From assembly GCA_964016885.1 (NCBI GenBank), contig OZ024742.1:236778001-236842000 (forward strand): a stretch of DNA of 64,000 nt, given 5' to 3'. How positions within the stretch are numbered: the first letter of the stretch is position 1; every line of letters starts with the position of its first letter. Both the position numbers and the translations under genes were made by a program. Positions 27,878-41,214 of the stretch are shown piece by piece. This DNA comes from Eledone cirrhosa (taxonomy: Eukaryota). Below the pieces are notes generated by a model. That model worked only from the letters and a program-made list of their open reading frames with translations. It was not told the DNA's origin and searched no databases.

Positions 27878-28600
27878 TGTCCCCCACGCTTCTGCTGGAC
27901 ATCACCAGATGATTCAAATATCACAGAGAAAAAGAGAGATAGGGGCGGAGAAACGAGGTGCAACAGTAATGAAACATGGATTACAGGTTAAAATGTAGTC
28001 TAGATGGATGAGAAACAAAACGAGGATGAAGTTTATGGAACATCCAAATGATTTAGAAGTTGACTTTAAGTAGGGGCAATAACATTAAGGAAGACATGAG
28101 CGACACTACGACACTTTGTCTTGGTAATTTTGAAAGTAGTTTTATAAGTATGAATTTTCCTAAGATTTTCGTAGTTGTCTCTGTGGCCTAGCGGTAGGTC
28201 CTAGAGACGGTGGAGATCCTGTCCTTGGGTTCAATTCTGGTCAAAAAGCCCATGTAACCTTTTTTAGTTTTTATTTTACAACCAATAGAAAAAAGTATGG
28301 AAAGGTTTAGCGGGAACCAATCTCCCGACTAGGTTCGAACTTGAGACCAGGATCACCACCGTCTATGATTCCTCCAGGTAGGCCACTGAGACAGCTACAA
28401 TAGTATAATGAACATTGATAATTATAAACCTACTTTCAAAATCAAATTTAAAAAGGTGTAGTGTCGTTCATAGCTTTCCTAGAACTATTAGTAAATATTT
28501 AGGGTCGACTAGTCAATCTTCTGGCCCTTTGGTGACGACCTTATTATTCATATGTATGTTTAACTGTTGAATTAATTTAATTTGATTATTTTAGCAAACA

Positions 28601-28665
<65 letters not shown>

Positions 28666-29344
28666 GCCAATCATTGTAGTTTGAATCTGACATGTAAAAA
28701 CATATATATATATATATGAATAAAGTAAGCCCAAATCATAGTAGATTCAAATATCACTGAGAAAGAGAGAGGGAGAGTGGGCGAAGAAACGAGGTGCAAC
28801 AGAAAGGAAACATGGATTACAGCTTAAAATATAATCTAGATAGATGAGAAACAAAACGAGAATGTAGTTTATGGAACATCCAAATGATTTAGAAGTCGAC
28901 TTTAAGTAGGAGCAATAACATTAAGGAAGACATGAACGACACTACGACACTTTGTTTTGGTAATTTTGAAAGTAGGTTTATAAGTATGAATTTTCCTAAT
29001 ATTTTCGTAGTTGTCTCTGTGGCCAGCGGTAGGTCCTAGAGACAGTGGATATCCTGGCCTTTGTTTCAATTCTGGTCAAGAAGCTCATGCAAACCTTTTC
29101 AGTTTATATTTTACCATCCGTAGAAAAAAACTGAAAAATGTTTAGCGGGAACCAATCTCCCGGCCAGGTTCGATCTTCAGACCTGGATAACCACCGTCTA
29201 ATATCCCTCCAACTAGGACACCGTGACAGCTACAAAAATATAATGAAAATTGATAATTATAAACCTACTTTCAAAATCAAAGTTAAAAAGACGTGGTGTC
29301 GTTCATAGCTTTCCTAGAGCTATTAGTAACATTTAGGGTCGACC

Positions 29345-29572
29345 TCTGGTCATTATTGAAAGTCTCTGGATTTCGCAAAATACATAATATTTTTTATTGG
29401 ATGAGGTAAGATATTCTCCCGCAAAAATTTGATTGTACTGTTTTGTTTACACTTATGTATTTTTTCGAAAATGTTATTTATTCATTATAAAGATTAAATG
29501 ATAGCATTCTATATGTAGGTGGGCCCCCTTCATCTCCTGGAAACCAATATTTTTAGACTCTGTACGCCACTG
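29345..29572. mobile_element. Orphan right end of the hAT-like element
   Basis: Homologous to 22240-22446; ends tacgccactg followed by tatatata. Confidence 0.65.
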
Positions 29573-31197
29573 TATATATATATATAGGAAAACTGCCAAT
29601 TCTTTACACATGACGGCTGTCTCTTCAACGAATTTCCAGCTATTATGAACTGCAGGTTGCCGGTCAGTTTGATGACTGAACAGGCTTTGTTTGGGTCACC
29701 TTTCCTAGACACTTCCTATGCGATATGGGTGAGCAGTGTGTCCCCAAAAAGTGCATGTTGCTGTTCAGTTTAACAGTGCAGCGACTTAAGCATATGACTC
29801 AACCCGCCCGCGTGACTATGTTCTAACTGGTTGAGTCTGCACACGTTGTCACTCCTCCACTGCTGTGGGACTTGTGAAGAAATATCTGTACATAAAGATG
29901 GTAAAGCTACGTACTTGTGCGACACACATAGCACTCACTTCCCCCTCACAGCTATGTGTCCAGTGAAAAGCCAAGGCAAGATATCGGGAGAGTTACAAGG
30001 ATCGTATGTGTTATTGTCATGGAGTTTAACTTTTCCATGGGGTTTAGCCCTACTCACCACACTTGGCCAATTGCAGGTTGGTGGGGTTATTTAACCTATA
30101 GTTGGGGGTGGATGGTCATTGACTCTGTGGAGTGACTCGCCCTTTTACAGTTCTTGTTTATTTTTTGTGCTGCTGGGTTTCCACTTACCCTCCTCACCAG
30201 ACCAGGGTCTAATGGGGGATCCAGTTTAGTCGCCAACTACCAGAACATGAAACAGGTTGTACTGAGCTACATGGTACCAGTAGCAGGCAGATACTGACTT
30301 GTTACACACACACACATACACACATACATACATACATATGTTTGTTTTCTTTTTCTCTTCATTCGTTTCTCTTACACCCCCCCCATTCCACCATTAAATT
30401 CCTGTTCACCAGCCCCCCGAAGAAATAAATACAAAGAAAAAAAGGAAAGAGAAAGAGAAAAACCAAGAAAAACGTGACTTGTAATAATTCATGAAATTCG
30501 TATGAACTTTGTCATTGCAGCTAAATACGAATGAACTTGATGGCTGAGCTCCTTAATTCTATTTTATTCTTATCCTTAATCTGAACCCAAAGGAGCTCTT
30601 CCGATACGTGATGATAGCCGTTCGATTAGAGTGCCACGACTGATCGCGTGGAGAAGAGAGTAAAAAAAGTATTGAACTCGATCATTGACTTGACTTTTCA
30701 CTCAAGCATTTCACACTGTAACAATTTTATTTATTTATTCATTCAATTTTTTCATTCTTTTGTCTCTGCTCCCCCACCCCCCTATTTACTTTACTTGCCC
30801 CCTTCCTCCTCTTCCTGTCATCTGGTCACACATTTAGGTATCCAATTTTAAGTATCCGATTTTTCAATGGGGTGGGGGAAAGATATTTCTTTGCGGGAGA
30901 TTATCTAATTTACTTTAAATGGCACCTTTTTAAATTTAGGTCTATATACTCCCCTTTTTTTCTTTTCTTCTTCTCTTAGTTCTCTCCCTTTATGGAACCC
31001 TCCAATCTATTTACCTTAATCTTTCACTCTCACTCCCAAACCATTCTTCCTCTCTCTCTAGCCCTCCTCACACCTATCCTCCTATTCATCTCCCATCACA
31101 CTCGTTCTACCCCCCCCCCCCCATTCTATCCTCCTACACATCTACCAACCACACCCATACTCTCCATATTTACAATTTTCTGCCTCCACCTCCAATA

Positions 31198-33100
31198 ATG
31201 CCCGCATCTCCTCAACCTTCTAACCCGCGGGAGGTCGATGAGTCCCACTCGTGCACCACGTGCAACAGGTGCAAGAAAGTAAGGAACTGCTACAACTGTA
31301 ACAGCTTCTATCTTTCTTGCGTCAAGCGTACTCGGTGCGTATCGGAATCCTTGCACCGGTGGCACTGCCCGCGATGCCTATCCCCCATCGACGCCACAGA
31401 TGAATACGAGTGCTTGTCTCAACGGGAACCCGAACCTGCTTGACCCAGATGGGGCCCTTGTTGTGATCTCACGTCCCAAGCAGTAGCGAAGTGTCATCAC
31501 CAGGTTCCCCAAAATCTGGTCGCACTCTCGCGGCCGAAGCGCTAGCGTCGTCTATCAATCGAGCGCTTAACTCGAGCAGCTAGCAGGACTGGACTAAACT
31601 GTTCAGTTTTGCGACTCTCACACTCGGGATCTCGATGGAAAGGAACCCGACGGCGGATCCCTCCCTGACTACGAGACTCTAGAGCAATATCGCTTCATTC
31701 TGCAACCCTCCGCCTGTGAGCCTCTCGGCCTTCTCGTGCTGCCCACCAGTGCCGACTCAACGCGCGCAGTCAATTTCCGACTGCACGAAAAGTGAACCTC
31801 AAACTAATCGAGGATGACGTTTGGCTGCGGTATGTGTGCTGGTCTCGAACGACTCTGTACTCCGGCCCACACCAGATGTCTTATCAGCATTTCGTCATAA
31901 ACACCCGGACTCCCAGCCGACACAGGGACGTCCAAGCACTGGCTATCTCAAAGATCTTATCTCGCCACACGATTGTTCCAGTCGATCACAGCCCTCATCA
32001 ACCGTCTTCGCACCAACCTGCCTTGCCATGCCCGCGATCTTTTCTTCTCAGCCAGTCTGAGGAAGAATGACTTAGGCGTCAGCCCATCGCAGTGGGCAGA
32101 TAGCCAAGATAACTTGCAAGTCAGTCAAAGATGACCCGAGGGAGGCGCTATGCTCTGTCCAGAACAGAGTAAGAGTCAAGTGTGGATATGAGGCGGCAGC
32201 TCCCACGTCTCCTTTGTCATCCCACCTTCTTGTGAAGCTGGACATGAGAAATGCTTTCAACAACGTTAGGCTTGATCATGTCATAGAGGTGTTTCTCCGA
32301 CGAGCCCCCTTAATATTCCCTCTTGACCACCTCTCGTACGGAAGACCCAGCGTATTCATGGCCACCGACCACCAGGTTACTTCCGCTCAGGTGTCCAGCA
32401 AGGAATCACACTCGGTAAATTTTTCTTTGCGCTGGCAGTTGACGAGGTTTCCCGCTCTGCCCGAGTGTCATTCAACATCTGGTATCTGGACGACGCGAAT
32501 CTAGATGGCTTGGATGAGTCAGTAGTTGAGGACCTTTGGCTAATCATCCCAGCTCTAAAGCTCCTCTGAGTCGAGATTAACCCATCCAAGTCCGAAGTGA
32601 TAAACGTTAGTTACAGAGAGGCTGACTTCCACGACGCCGTACTCAGAATCCATTCCGTTTTGTCCGAGGCATGGCTAACGCTTTCAGACGCCCCCCCCCC
32701 CTGCATTCTCGGCTCTCCAATTCTCTCGAAAGCCATACGAGAGTGCGTGGAGACTAAGCACGCAGACCCGTCGAGAATATTCGAGAAGTTGCGCCTGATT
32801 AACGTGCATCCGCCGCTCTTCCTCCTGAGGAACTGCTTCGCCCATCCAAAATACTTGTTCACGCTGCGCGGTACATCTTTTCACCCTGACGCAGATCACC
32901 TGTGAACTCGAAGCCACCATCCTCCAAACGGATTGAGTCTGGCTTGGACCAACATCGCCTCACCTGCCTCCGATCCGCTTCGCAGCCCCAAAACAGTGCG
33001 TGCCTTCATCATTAACCCGTATCCTTCTTAATGACGATTGCACTCGCATCGAAGTGTCCCAACGTCTCGATGGGTGTCACTGGCCATTGTCCGCGGAAAT
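31198..33100 (+). pseudogene. Degenerate CRE-clade-like non-LTR retrotransposon with N-terminal PHD-like finger
   Basis: CTTC..CYNC...C...WHCPRC; RQPIAVG, KLDMRNAFN, GVQQG.., WYLDD and ILGSPI motifs in shifting frames. Confidence 0.7.
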
Positions 33101-33454
33101 GCCCTAGCAGTTTTGTCCACGGGGTGCTGCCGAAACACCGTTCTGACCTAGGCAAAGACTCTGTCTTCTCCTTTCTTTCTCCTGCTGCCTAATAGCCCTT
33201 GCCCCCTCCTTTTTTTTCTTCCCATTTATGGCATTTATAGACCTTTCCTTTACTTTCCTATACAGCTAGATATTCCCTTATTTACCCCTTTTTTACGTTA
33301 CTCAATTTTGTTTTCTCTCTTTTATTTTTTTTTTAGATAATTCCATCCTTGTATAACTTCTGTCAGTAAAATAATAAAACAATAGCAAATATATTTATAT
33401 ATATATTCTAAAATATGAAGTCAATGGGCTGGAAAATTATATATGTTGTTGTTG

Positions 33455-34015
33455 GACCCCGTTGTTCCAACGACGAGTCTCCCAAGCTGCTCGAGTAACT
33501 GAAGAGCCTAGACATGAAATTAATACGCAAACGGCTACCATTCCACAGACACGTGTAACTTTAACCTAGTTCTCAGAATGATTCAGCGCGACGTGACAGA
33601 GTATGTGATCAGGTCGGCTATTTGAATCATAGGTACAATCGATCTTGTATTATAGAGTAAGTGGCAGAGCATTCCACTACATTTAACGTAATTTTCAGAC
33701 AGATACAACGAGACACAATACGTGACAAGTCTAGCTCTTTGAATTTCAAGTACAATCTATGTGAATGTATAGTGTAAGTGTCCGAGCAATCCACAAACGT
33801 GTACTTTTAGCTAAGTTCTAATGGCGATCCAACATAAACAGCATGTGACAAAGCTTGCTCCTTAAATTACATAACATTTTTTCCCCAGATGTATGGACTG
33901 AAGTAACGTGAAATAAAGTGTCCTGTTCGCAGACACAAAGCGTCGAGCTAGGAATCGAATTCACAATTCTACTATCATGAGCCGAACACCCCAATCACTA
34001 AACCAGGCGCCTTCA
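33455..34015 (-). mobile_element. tRNA-derived SINE family B with ~3 tandem copies of its body
   Basis: Head cactaaaccaggcgccttc and B box ggaatcgaattcac near 33950-34015; repeated ttccacagacacgtgt...gtgacaag segments. Confidence 0.7.
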
Positions 34016-35131
34016 CTGATTGTATTTATAGAGAAACTTTAAAAAACAAATTTGAAACTGCTAGTCAGTTAATTGTTGCTTTATTGTGGTCAAATGATGT
34101 AAAGTAACTTAACTGAGATCAATATATTGTTATATATTGTTATTTATTGTTATTACAATATTAGTTTATCAATTAGTTTTATCGAGTGATATAATTTTAC
34201 ACCTTAAAAGTGCTTCAGATCGGACAGAACATGTTGCGATAAATATGTGTAAGGGAGGTAACTCTACTATGCCTTGTATTTAATAAAACTTGTCAACGTT
34301 TAGAAAAGTGTATTCTTTTACTAGTTTCTGTCATCAAACTGCTGCCTTGGGGTACCGCCACGATGGGATTTTGTCAATCACATCGACTCCAGTACTTTAT
34401 TTTTCAAGTCTGGTACTCATTTTATTGATATCTTTTTGTGGGAAAACGACTACATAAATAGAATTAAAATTAAAATTTAGCTTCGGCTAGCTGTCTACAT
34501 ACATGTATGTGAATTTTGTATATCTTAGATACACGGTACGTTTATTCGCTAGACGGCGCCTTTCAATTCATACCTGGGCTTTCTAAACATACCGTATATC
34601 GTTAGATATACGAAAGACTACATAAGTAATTTGTCTGAAAGCTAATGTATTCTAATGTTCCAAGGGAGACAACTTTACAGCTACAAACGTTTTTTCTCAT
34701 GAGCCGTCTGGTAAACTGAACGTTTAAGTAAAGGCAGGGAATTGTCAGAATAATTAGAACGGTGGGTTGAATGCTTAGTAACATTCGTTCCGGATCTCTA
34801 AGATCTTAGAGTTCAAATACCACCGAGGTCCCTTTCGAAGTCGATGAAAAGTACCTGTCCAGTATTGGGATCGATTCTTCCTATATTTATATATCAAGAT
34901 ATATATCTTTCTCGTGTCTTCTCTCTCACTTTCTCCTTCTCTGGAAGAAATCGGTGGTGTTCAAACATGAAAAGGGGATTGGCTCTGCCAGATTTAAAGT
35001 GCCTAAAATAGGCCGCATATTGTGAGGGCGCCCTTACTTCTCAATCAAGAGTTATGGGTCTATTCATAATACAATGTTATAAAAAAAAACGAAAAGAAGT
35101 ACAAGATATAAAAACAGCAAACACTATTGCT

Positions 35132-35248
<117 letters not shown>

Positions 35249-35469
35249 ACAAAACATACACAATATAACTGAAACCAGAAGTGATATATGTGTTGAGGAC
35301 GGAAATTAGCTTGGCGTCAGATCTCAGATTTCGAAGTTATACACATGTCAGATATTGCAATATAATATCTTGAAGTGAAGTCTAGAACAAGACGATCAGA
35401 TGAACCAAGGAAAATTTATTGGAAACCTTCTGCGCTAGCAATTCTGCAATTCTGCTCAGAAGATATCAG

Positions 35470-35810
35470 TTCATCATAACCATTGTCAGTACCTCATAAT
35501 CCATTGTCATATTTCCATAGGTAGTACATAATAGCACATTGTCATATCTCCATATTTAGTACCTTATAACCATTGTTATATATCCACATTTAGTACCTCA
35601 TAACCCATTGGCAGTACATCCTAGCCTATCATCAGACACCCACATTTAATACCTCATAACTCCTTGTGATATCCCCACATTTAGTACTTCATAACCCATT
35701 GTCATATCTCAATATTTAGTACCACACGGCACCCTGTCATATCTCTACATTTAATGCCTCAACCATTGTTTTTTCCCATTTAGTACCTCGTAACCATTAT
35801 TAATATCTCC
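35470..35810. repeat. ~33-bp minisatellite (catttagtacctcataacccattgtcatatctc), ~10 diverged copies
   Basis: Direct reading. Confidence 0.8.
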
Positions 35811-36144
35811 ATTGACATACTCCAGCATTTGATTTTTCATAGCATCAGTACAGGAATGGTATGGAATGGACTTCCATTAGATTCGATACCAAGTGTTTCA
35901 GTTGTTCAATCAACGGAACAGTCTGCACGTGAAATTAACATGCAAATGGCTAACATAATTTCCAAGGAAATACAGCGTGAAGGTACAGACCATCCGAAAC
36001 ATTTCCCGTCTACTGAATCTCACTCGCAAAGCCTGTGTCGGTCCGATGTTTTGGTTACATGAAGTGGAACGTAATGATTGTGAAGTGAATTTCTAAACTA
36101 TTCGGCTTTGCATCGTGTACAGTACCAGTTCCAGACAATATATT

Positions 36145-36690
36145 TAATAGTTTCTGATTTAGGAACAAGGCCAACACTTTTGGGGGACGGGAAAGTCGAT
36201 TAAATTGACCCTAGTGCGTTACTAGTACTGCATTTTACCGACCCCGTAACGATGTATGGCAAAGCTAACATCGGCAGGATTTGAACACAGAACGTAAAGG
36301 GACGTAACTATGTGTCGCAAAAGATGGTGTCCTACGCTCAACCGATACTGCCAATCCACCTCTCTCTCTCTATATAAAGTTTATATAATGTACATAGATA
36401 ACGTGAAAGTGTGTGGTTTAATATTTAGGGTGTTCTGTTCACGGTAGTAAGGCCATGACTTTATTCCACTTTACTCCAGCTACCTCAGCTGGCAAAAAGT
36501 AGTTGTACTTTTGATTCAAAGGGCAAGCCATGTCACATATATTGTGTCATGATGAATACTCATGAGGATTTCATTAAGAATACACGTGTTTGTAGAATGC
36601 CCAAGTACATGCACGTTAATTTTATGAGCAAGTTGTTCCGTTGGTCAAACAGTTGGAGAACTCGTCGTCGGAAAAGACGGAGGTCCAAAG
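36145..36690. mobile_element. SINE A (-, 36145-36360) and SINE B (+, 36400-36690)
   Basis: Similarity to the other copies. Confidence 0.7.
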
Positions 36691-37109
36691 TATATAGATA
36701 GTAATTTTCGAAGATTCATTTTTTTTTTTACAGATACATTTTGAATCAGCGGAATTTGTAGACATTGTGAATGAAATAATAATTAAATTTGTATCTATAC
36801 CTCTTTCTTTACCCTATACTGCGGCCATTATATTCCCTGGTATCTTTTGTGACACCGTATTATCAGATTATAACTTGGCAATAAATATTTATGACTTACT
36901 TATGGTAAAGAAATTAACAAAGTCGTGTATCATCATCATTATCAATGTTCATGTTGATATTGTTGTTGTTGTTGTCGTCATCATCATTATAATTATCAAT
37001 CCCAGGCTATACTTATCAAATAATTGTTTCTACTTATCAAATAATATAAACAAATATTAAATATGAAGTTATATGAGAGTTCATGATGATACAAGTCATC
37101 AATAATAAT

Positions 37110-37430
37110 AATTGTTTCATTTATTGGCCACAAGGGCCGACATATAGGGCACAATACAAAAGACGGGGACAGTGGGGCTTTTATACAAAAATCGAGTAAA
37201 AATATAAATAACAATAACAAAATAACAAGAAAAATACAAACAACAGAGTTCTCCAATAGGGGGGGACAACCATCCAGGGTCAGCTCAGGTACCCCACCAA
37301 TTCTGAACTACTCGACGCTTCGAGGGCATCCGAGAAGGGCGCCCCTTTCCCCCTCAAATCAACCAGCCTACAGGCGCATGGTCAGTGTAGGCCTACTCAC
37401 ACGGGCCATTCTCGCCACATTCACCTGCTA
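37110..37430 (-). mobile_element. Tx1-like LINE 3' end, subfamily with (ATT)n tail
   Basis: VNVARMARVSRPTLTMRL*, 3'UTR ggccaataaatgaaac then attattatt. Confidence 0.75.
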
Positions 37431-37755
37431 GTGTTTCTACTTTAGGAACAAGGCCAGCAATTTGAAAGGGTGGGGAAGTCGATTAAATCGACATCAGTAC
37501 TTACTGGTGCTAACCTCAGCAAGTAAGGAAAAGCTATCCTCAGCAGGATTTGAACTCCGAATGTAAAGGAATGTAACTCTATGCTGCAAAGCAAGGCGTC
37601 CGACCCTCTACCGATACTGCCAATCCACCGTCCCAAATATAATGATTTCTTATATAGGAACAAGGCCAGTAATTTGGGGGAGGGGGAAGTCGATTAAATC
37701 GACCCCGTAAGGATGAAAGGCAAAGTTAACCTCGGCGAGATTTGAACTCAGACCG
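37430..37755 (-). mobile_element. Two SINE A copies
   Basis: A/B boxes and core. Confidence 0.8.
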
Positions 37756-37779
37756 TCCCAAGTATAATAAAAATAATAC

Positions 37780-38200
37780 AGAGTAGAAAAGTGGTACGAA
37801 CATAATCCCGAGGGTGTTATCGAAAATGATGTTACAAAAATCCTGTGGGACTTTGTGATATAGTTTGACCATGTGATTGAGCATATGAGACCAGATATTG
37901 TATTAATTGAGAAAGAAAGCAAACAGTGTTGGATCATAGATATAGCCTGTCCAGTAGATATCAAGGTATGCGATAAAGAAGGAAATTGATTGATATGACA
38001 GATTTGCTTGGGAGGTTAAGCTGTTGTGGTCACTGAAAAAGTTTCGGTTACAGCGAGTAAAGATCTTGAAAACTACATTGCTTGGAACAGCTCGAATACT
38101 CCGGAGGGTACTCGGAAAATAAAGGGTCTTACCTCAGTTCACTGGTAGTGAACAGCTAACACTGTAATATATCTCCAGCGTTAGAAGCTGAAGAAAGAAG
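37780..38200 (+). pseudogene. R4/Dong-like non-LTR retrotransposon 3' fragment (restriction-like endonuclease domain)
   Basis: EKWYEHNPEGVIEND..KILWDF...RPDIVLIEK...CWIIDIACP, a PD-(D/E)-type RLE motif. Confidence 0.8.
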
Positions 38201-38205
38201 CTGCT

Positions 38206-38248
<43 letters not shown>

Positions 38249-38985
38249 GTTGTGTTGGTGGTGGTATTTACCTTTATACTTCCCGGATATTAGATTCGAA
38301 TGCTGTATGATATTTGATGATATTAAGCTGAGTGTATGTAAATCGGAAACATCATCCCATTATACTTACAATGTGGTTTTTTTTCCTTCCTGAAGAGTAC
38401 TCAGTATTGAAAATAAAAGCAAAGCACTTGAAAACATAATAAGATATCGCCATAATGTTGGATATTTCCTATCAATATTGGGTGAGCAATTGATCGATTG
38501 ACAAAATGGACTTGGTATTTTAAAATATCAATCTCAAGTGATGCTCTAAACAACATCGCTTCCTTTGTTATCTCCTTTTCTAGTTAGACAATCTCATAGA
38601 TATTTTCATTTTTAGTTTTAACTCTTCACACCCTGTAATTGCTTAACAGAAAGTATCTCAAAGCAGGTTTGTTAATTCAAATGTTAATAGCATCTTTACT
38701 AGTTGATAGATCGTTGAGAACATTTTCAGTATCAAAGTAAACACTTTAGTTGTTAATATGATGCTGTCATAGAGCTGTTCTGTATTTTTGAAGAATGATA
38801 TTCTAATGCAATTTAAGGTAGTACAGGATATTAAGAGAGTTTTAACATTCTGTAATAATTTAGCAGCTTTTTTTTTTTTTAAACATAATTGTTGATTACA
38901 ATGGGTGCGTTCGGACTCACACATAAATTTCAAATTTTCCTAATGCTTTCCAAGTCAGTCGATTTGTTTATATATATACATACAT

Positions 38986-39056
<71 letters not shown>

Positions 39057-39193
39057 TAGTAATAATAATAAAATTGAAGACTAAAATCCAAAGAGGGCTC
39101 GATAAGGAAAATATATATCAAATATATAAGAACCGTAGAGCAAATATTTATTAAAATAACAGATTAATTCTTTGCTTAAACTTTAATCTATTA

Positions 39194-39267
<74 letters not shown>

Positions 39268-39367
39268 AGTATAAACAAATCGACTGATGTGGTCATTATA
39301 CTCGCATGGTTTAAAGAGGCTGTTTGCCATATTGCAAACGAATTGAATATTATTATTATTCTAAAAA

Positions 39368-39555
39368 CTCGAATTGGCAGTATCGGTAGAGGGTTGGACA
39401 CCATGCTTTCCAGCATAGTTACGTCCCTTTACAGTCTGAGTTCTAATCCCGCCGAGGTTAACTTTGCCTTTCATCCTTACGGAGTCGATAAAATAAAGTA
39501 CCAGTAATGTACTGGGATAATTGCTGGCCTTGTGCCTAAAGTAGAAACAATTATT
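39368..39555 (+). mobile_element. SINE A
   Basis: TGGCAGTATCGG, GAGTTCTAATCC and core. Confidence 0.85.
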
Positions 39556-39584
39556 ATTGTAAAAACTCAGAATTCCATTTCTTA

Positions 39585-39791
<207 letters not shown>

Positions 39792-40062
39792 GGAAAAAAT
39801 GAAACGAAATTTCATTTCTCTCTCTTAGTACGGCTGTTACTTAAATATAAGTATGTATACGTACATACATATATGTATACAGACGTACAGTAGTATGTAT
39901 ATATATATATATATATACATACATGCACACATATATATATGTACGTATGGATTCACCAAACATTTATTATAATGCTCGGTGTGTTTGTAAACAAACATCC
40001 CGAATTAAGCCGTACAGTGTCTAGCAACCATCGTTGCTCATTTGTTCAACACTGACAAAGGA

Positions 40063-40105
40063 ACGCTGTACTAGTTTCAAGCTTATTAGCTATCGTCAGC
40101 AACGT
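40063..40105 (-). ncRNA. Minimal hammerhead ribozyme (family D)
   Basis: Reverse complement of 40299-40341. Confidence 0.85.
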
Positions 40106-40298
40106 ATACCTTCCTGCCAGATGATTGAACGTCTGAAAGTATATACTTTCGTTTCATTTCGTTTCATTTTTTCCGTTTATCGTTTTCGGTGCGCCTGGCC
40201 GATTAACTCACTCGATATGCAAATTAGGCTGCTCAGCCATTAATATGCATAAGGAAAGTATATAATTTCAGACGTTCAATCATCTGGCAGGAAGGTAT

Positions 40299-40341
40299 AC
40301 GTTGCTGACGATAGCTAATAAGCTTGAAACTAGTACAGCGT
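40299..40341 (+). ncRNA. Minimal hammerhead ribozyme (family D)
   Basis: acguug-CUGACGA-u agcu aaua agcu u-GAAA-CUAG-UA-cagcgu; intact core, palindromic CUAG stem III. Confidence 0.85.
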
Positions 40342-40568
40342 TCCTTTGTCATTGTTGAACAAATGAGCAACGATGGTTGCTAGACACTGTACGGCTTCAT
40401 TCGGGATGTTTGTTTACAAACACACCGAGCATTATAATAAATGTTCGGTGAATCCATACGTACATATATATATGTGTGCATGTATGTATATATATATATA
40501 TATACATACTACTGTACGTCTGTATACATACTTATATATATGCATATATATATATATATATATATATA

Positions 40569-40656
<88 letters not shown>

Positions 40657-40686
40657 CATATATACATATATATTTATATACATGTA

Positions 40687-40730
<44 letters not shown>

Positions 40731-40741
40731 CATACATACAC

Positions 40742-40797
<56 letters not shown>

Positions 40798-40929
40798 GTA
40801 TATATATATGTATATATATGTATATATATATATATGTATATATGTATATATGTATATATATATATATGTATGTATATATGTATGTATATGTGTGTGTATA
40901 TATATATATATAAATATATATATATATAA

Positions 40930-41073
<144 letters not shown>

Positions 41074-41214
41074 ATATATATATATATATATGCCAAAAGA
41101 GAGAGAGTGAAATTTAACAGGTCAAGAGTACCGTATCCATTTATTTCCTTGACCACTGATGGTGGTGGGTTGTAACAGTTCAGTCGTAACTTCCAGCTGT
41201 TATAAAAAATTTCA

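Larger units (their letters stand above)
39875..40530. repeat. Palindromic pLTR-type module (~275-bp arms, ~100-bp spacer) between long (TA)n tracts
   Basis: 39875-40150 is the reverse complement of 40254-40530. Confidence 0.9.

Noticed and set aside
35470-35810. CRISPR-like ~33-bp periodicity
   Set aside because: Contiguous diverged tandem units with no unique spacers, no cas genes, and a eukaryotic context.
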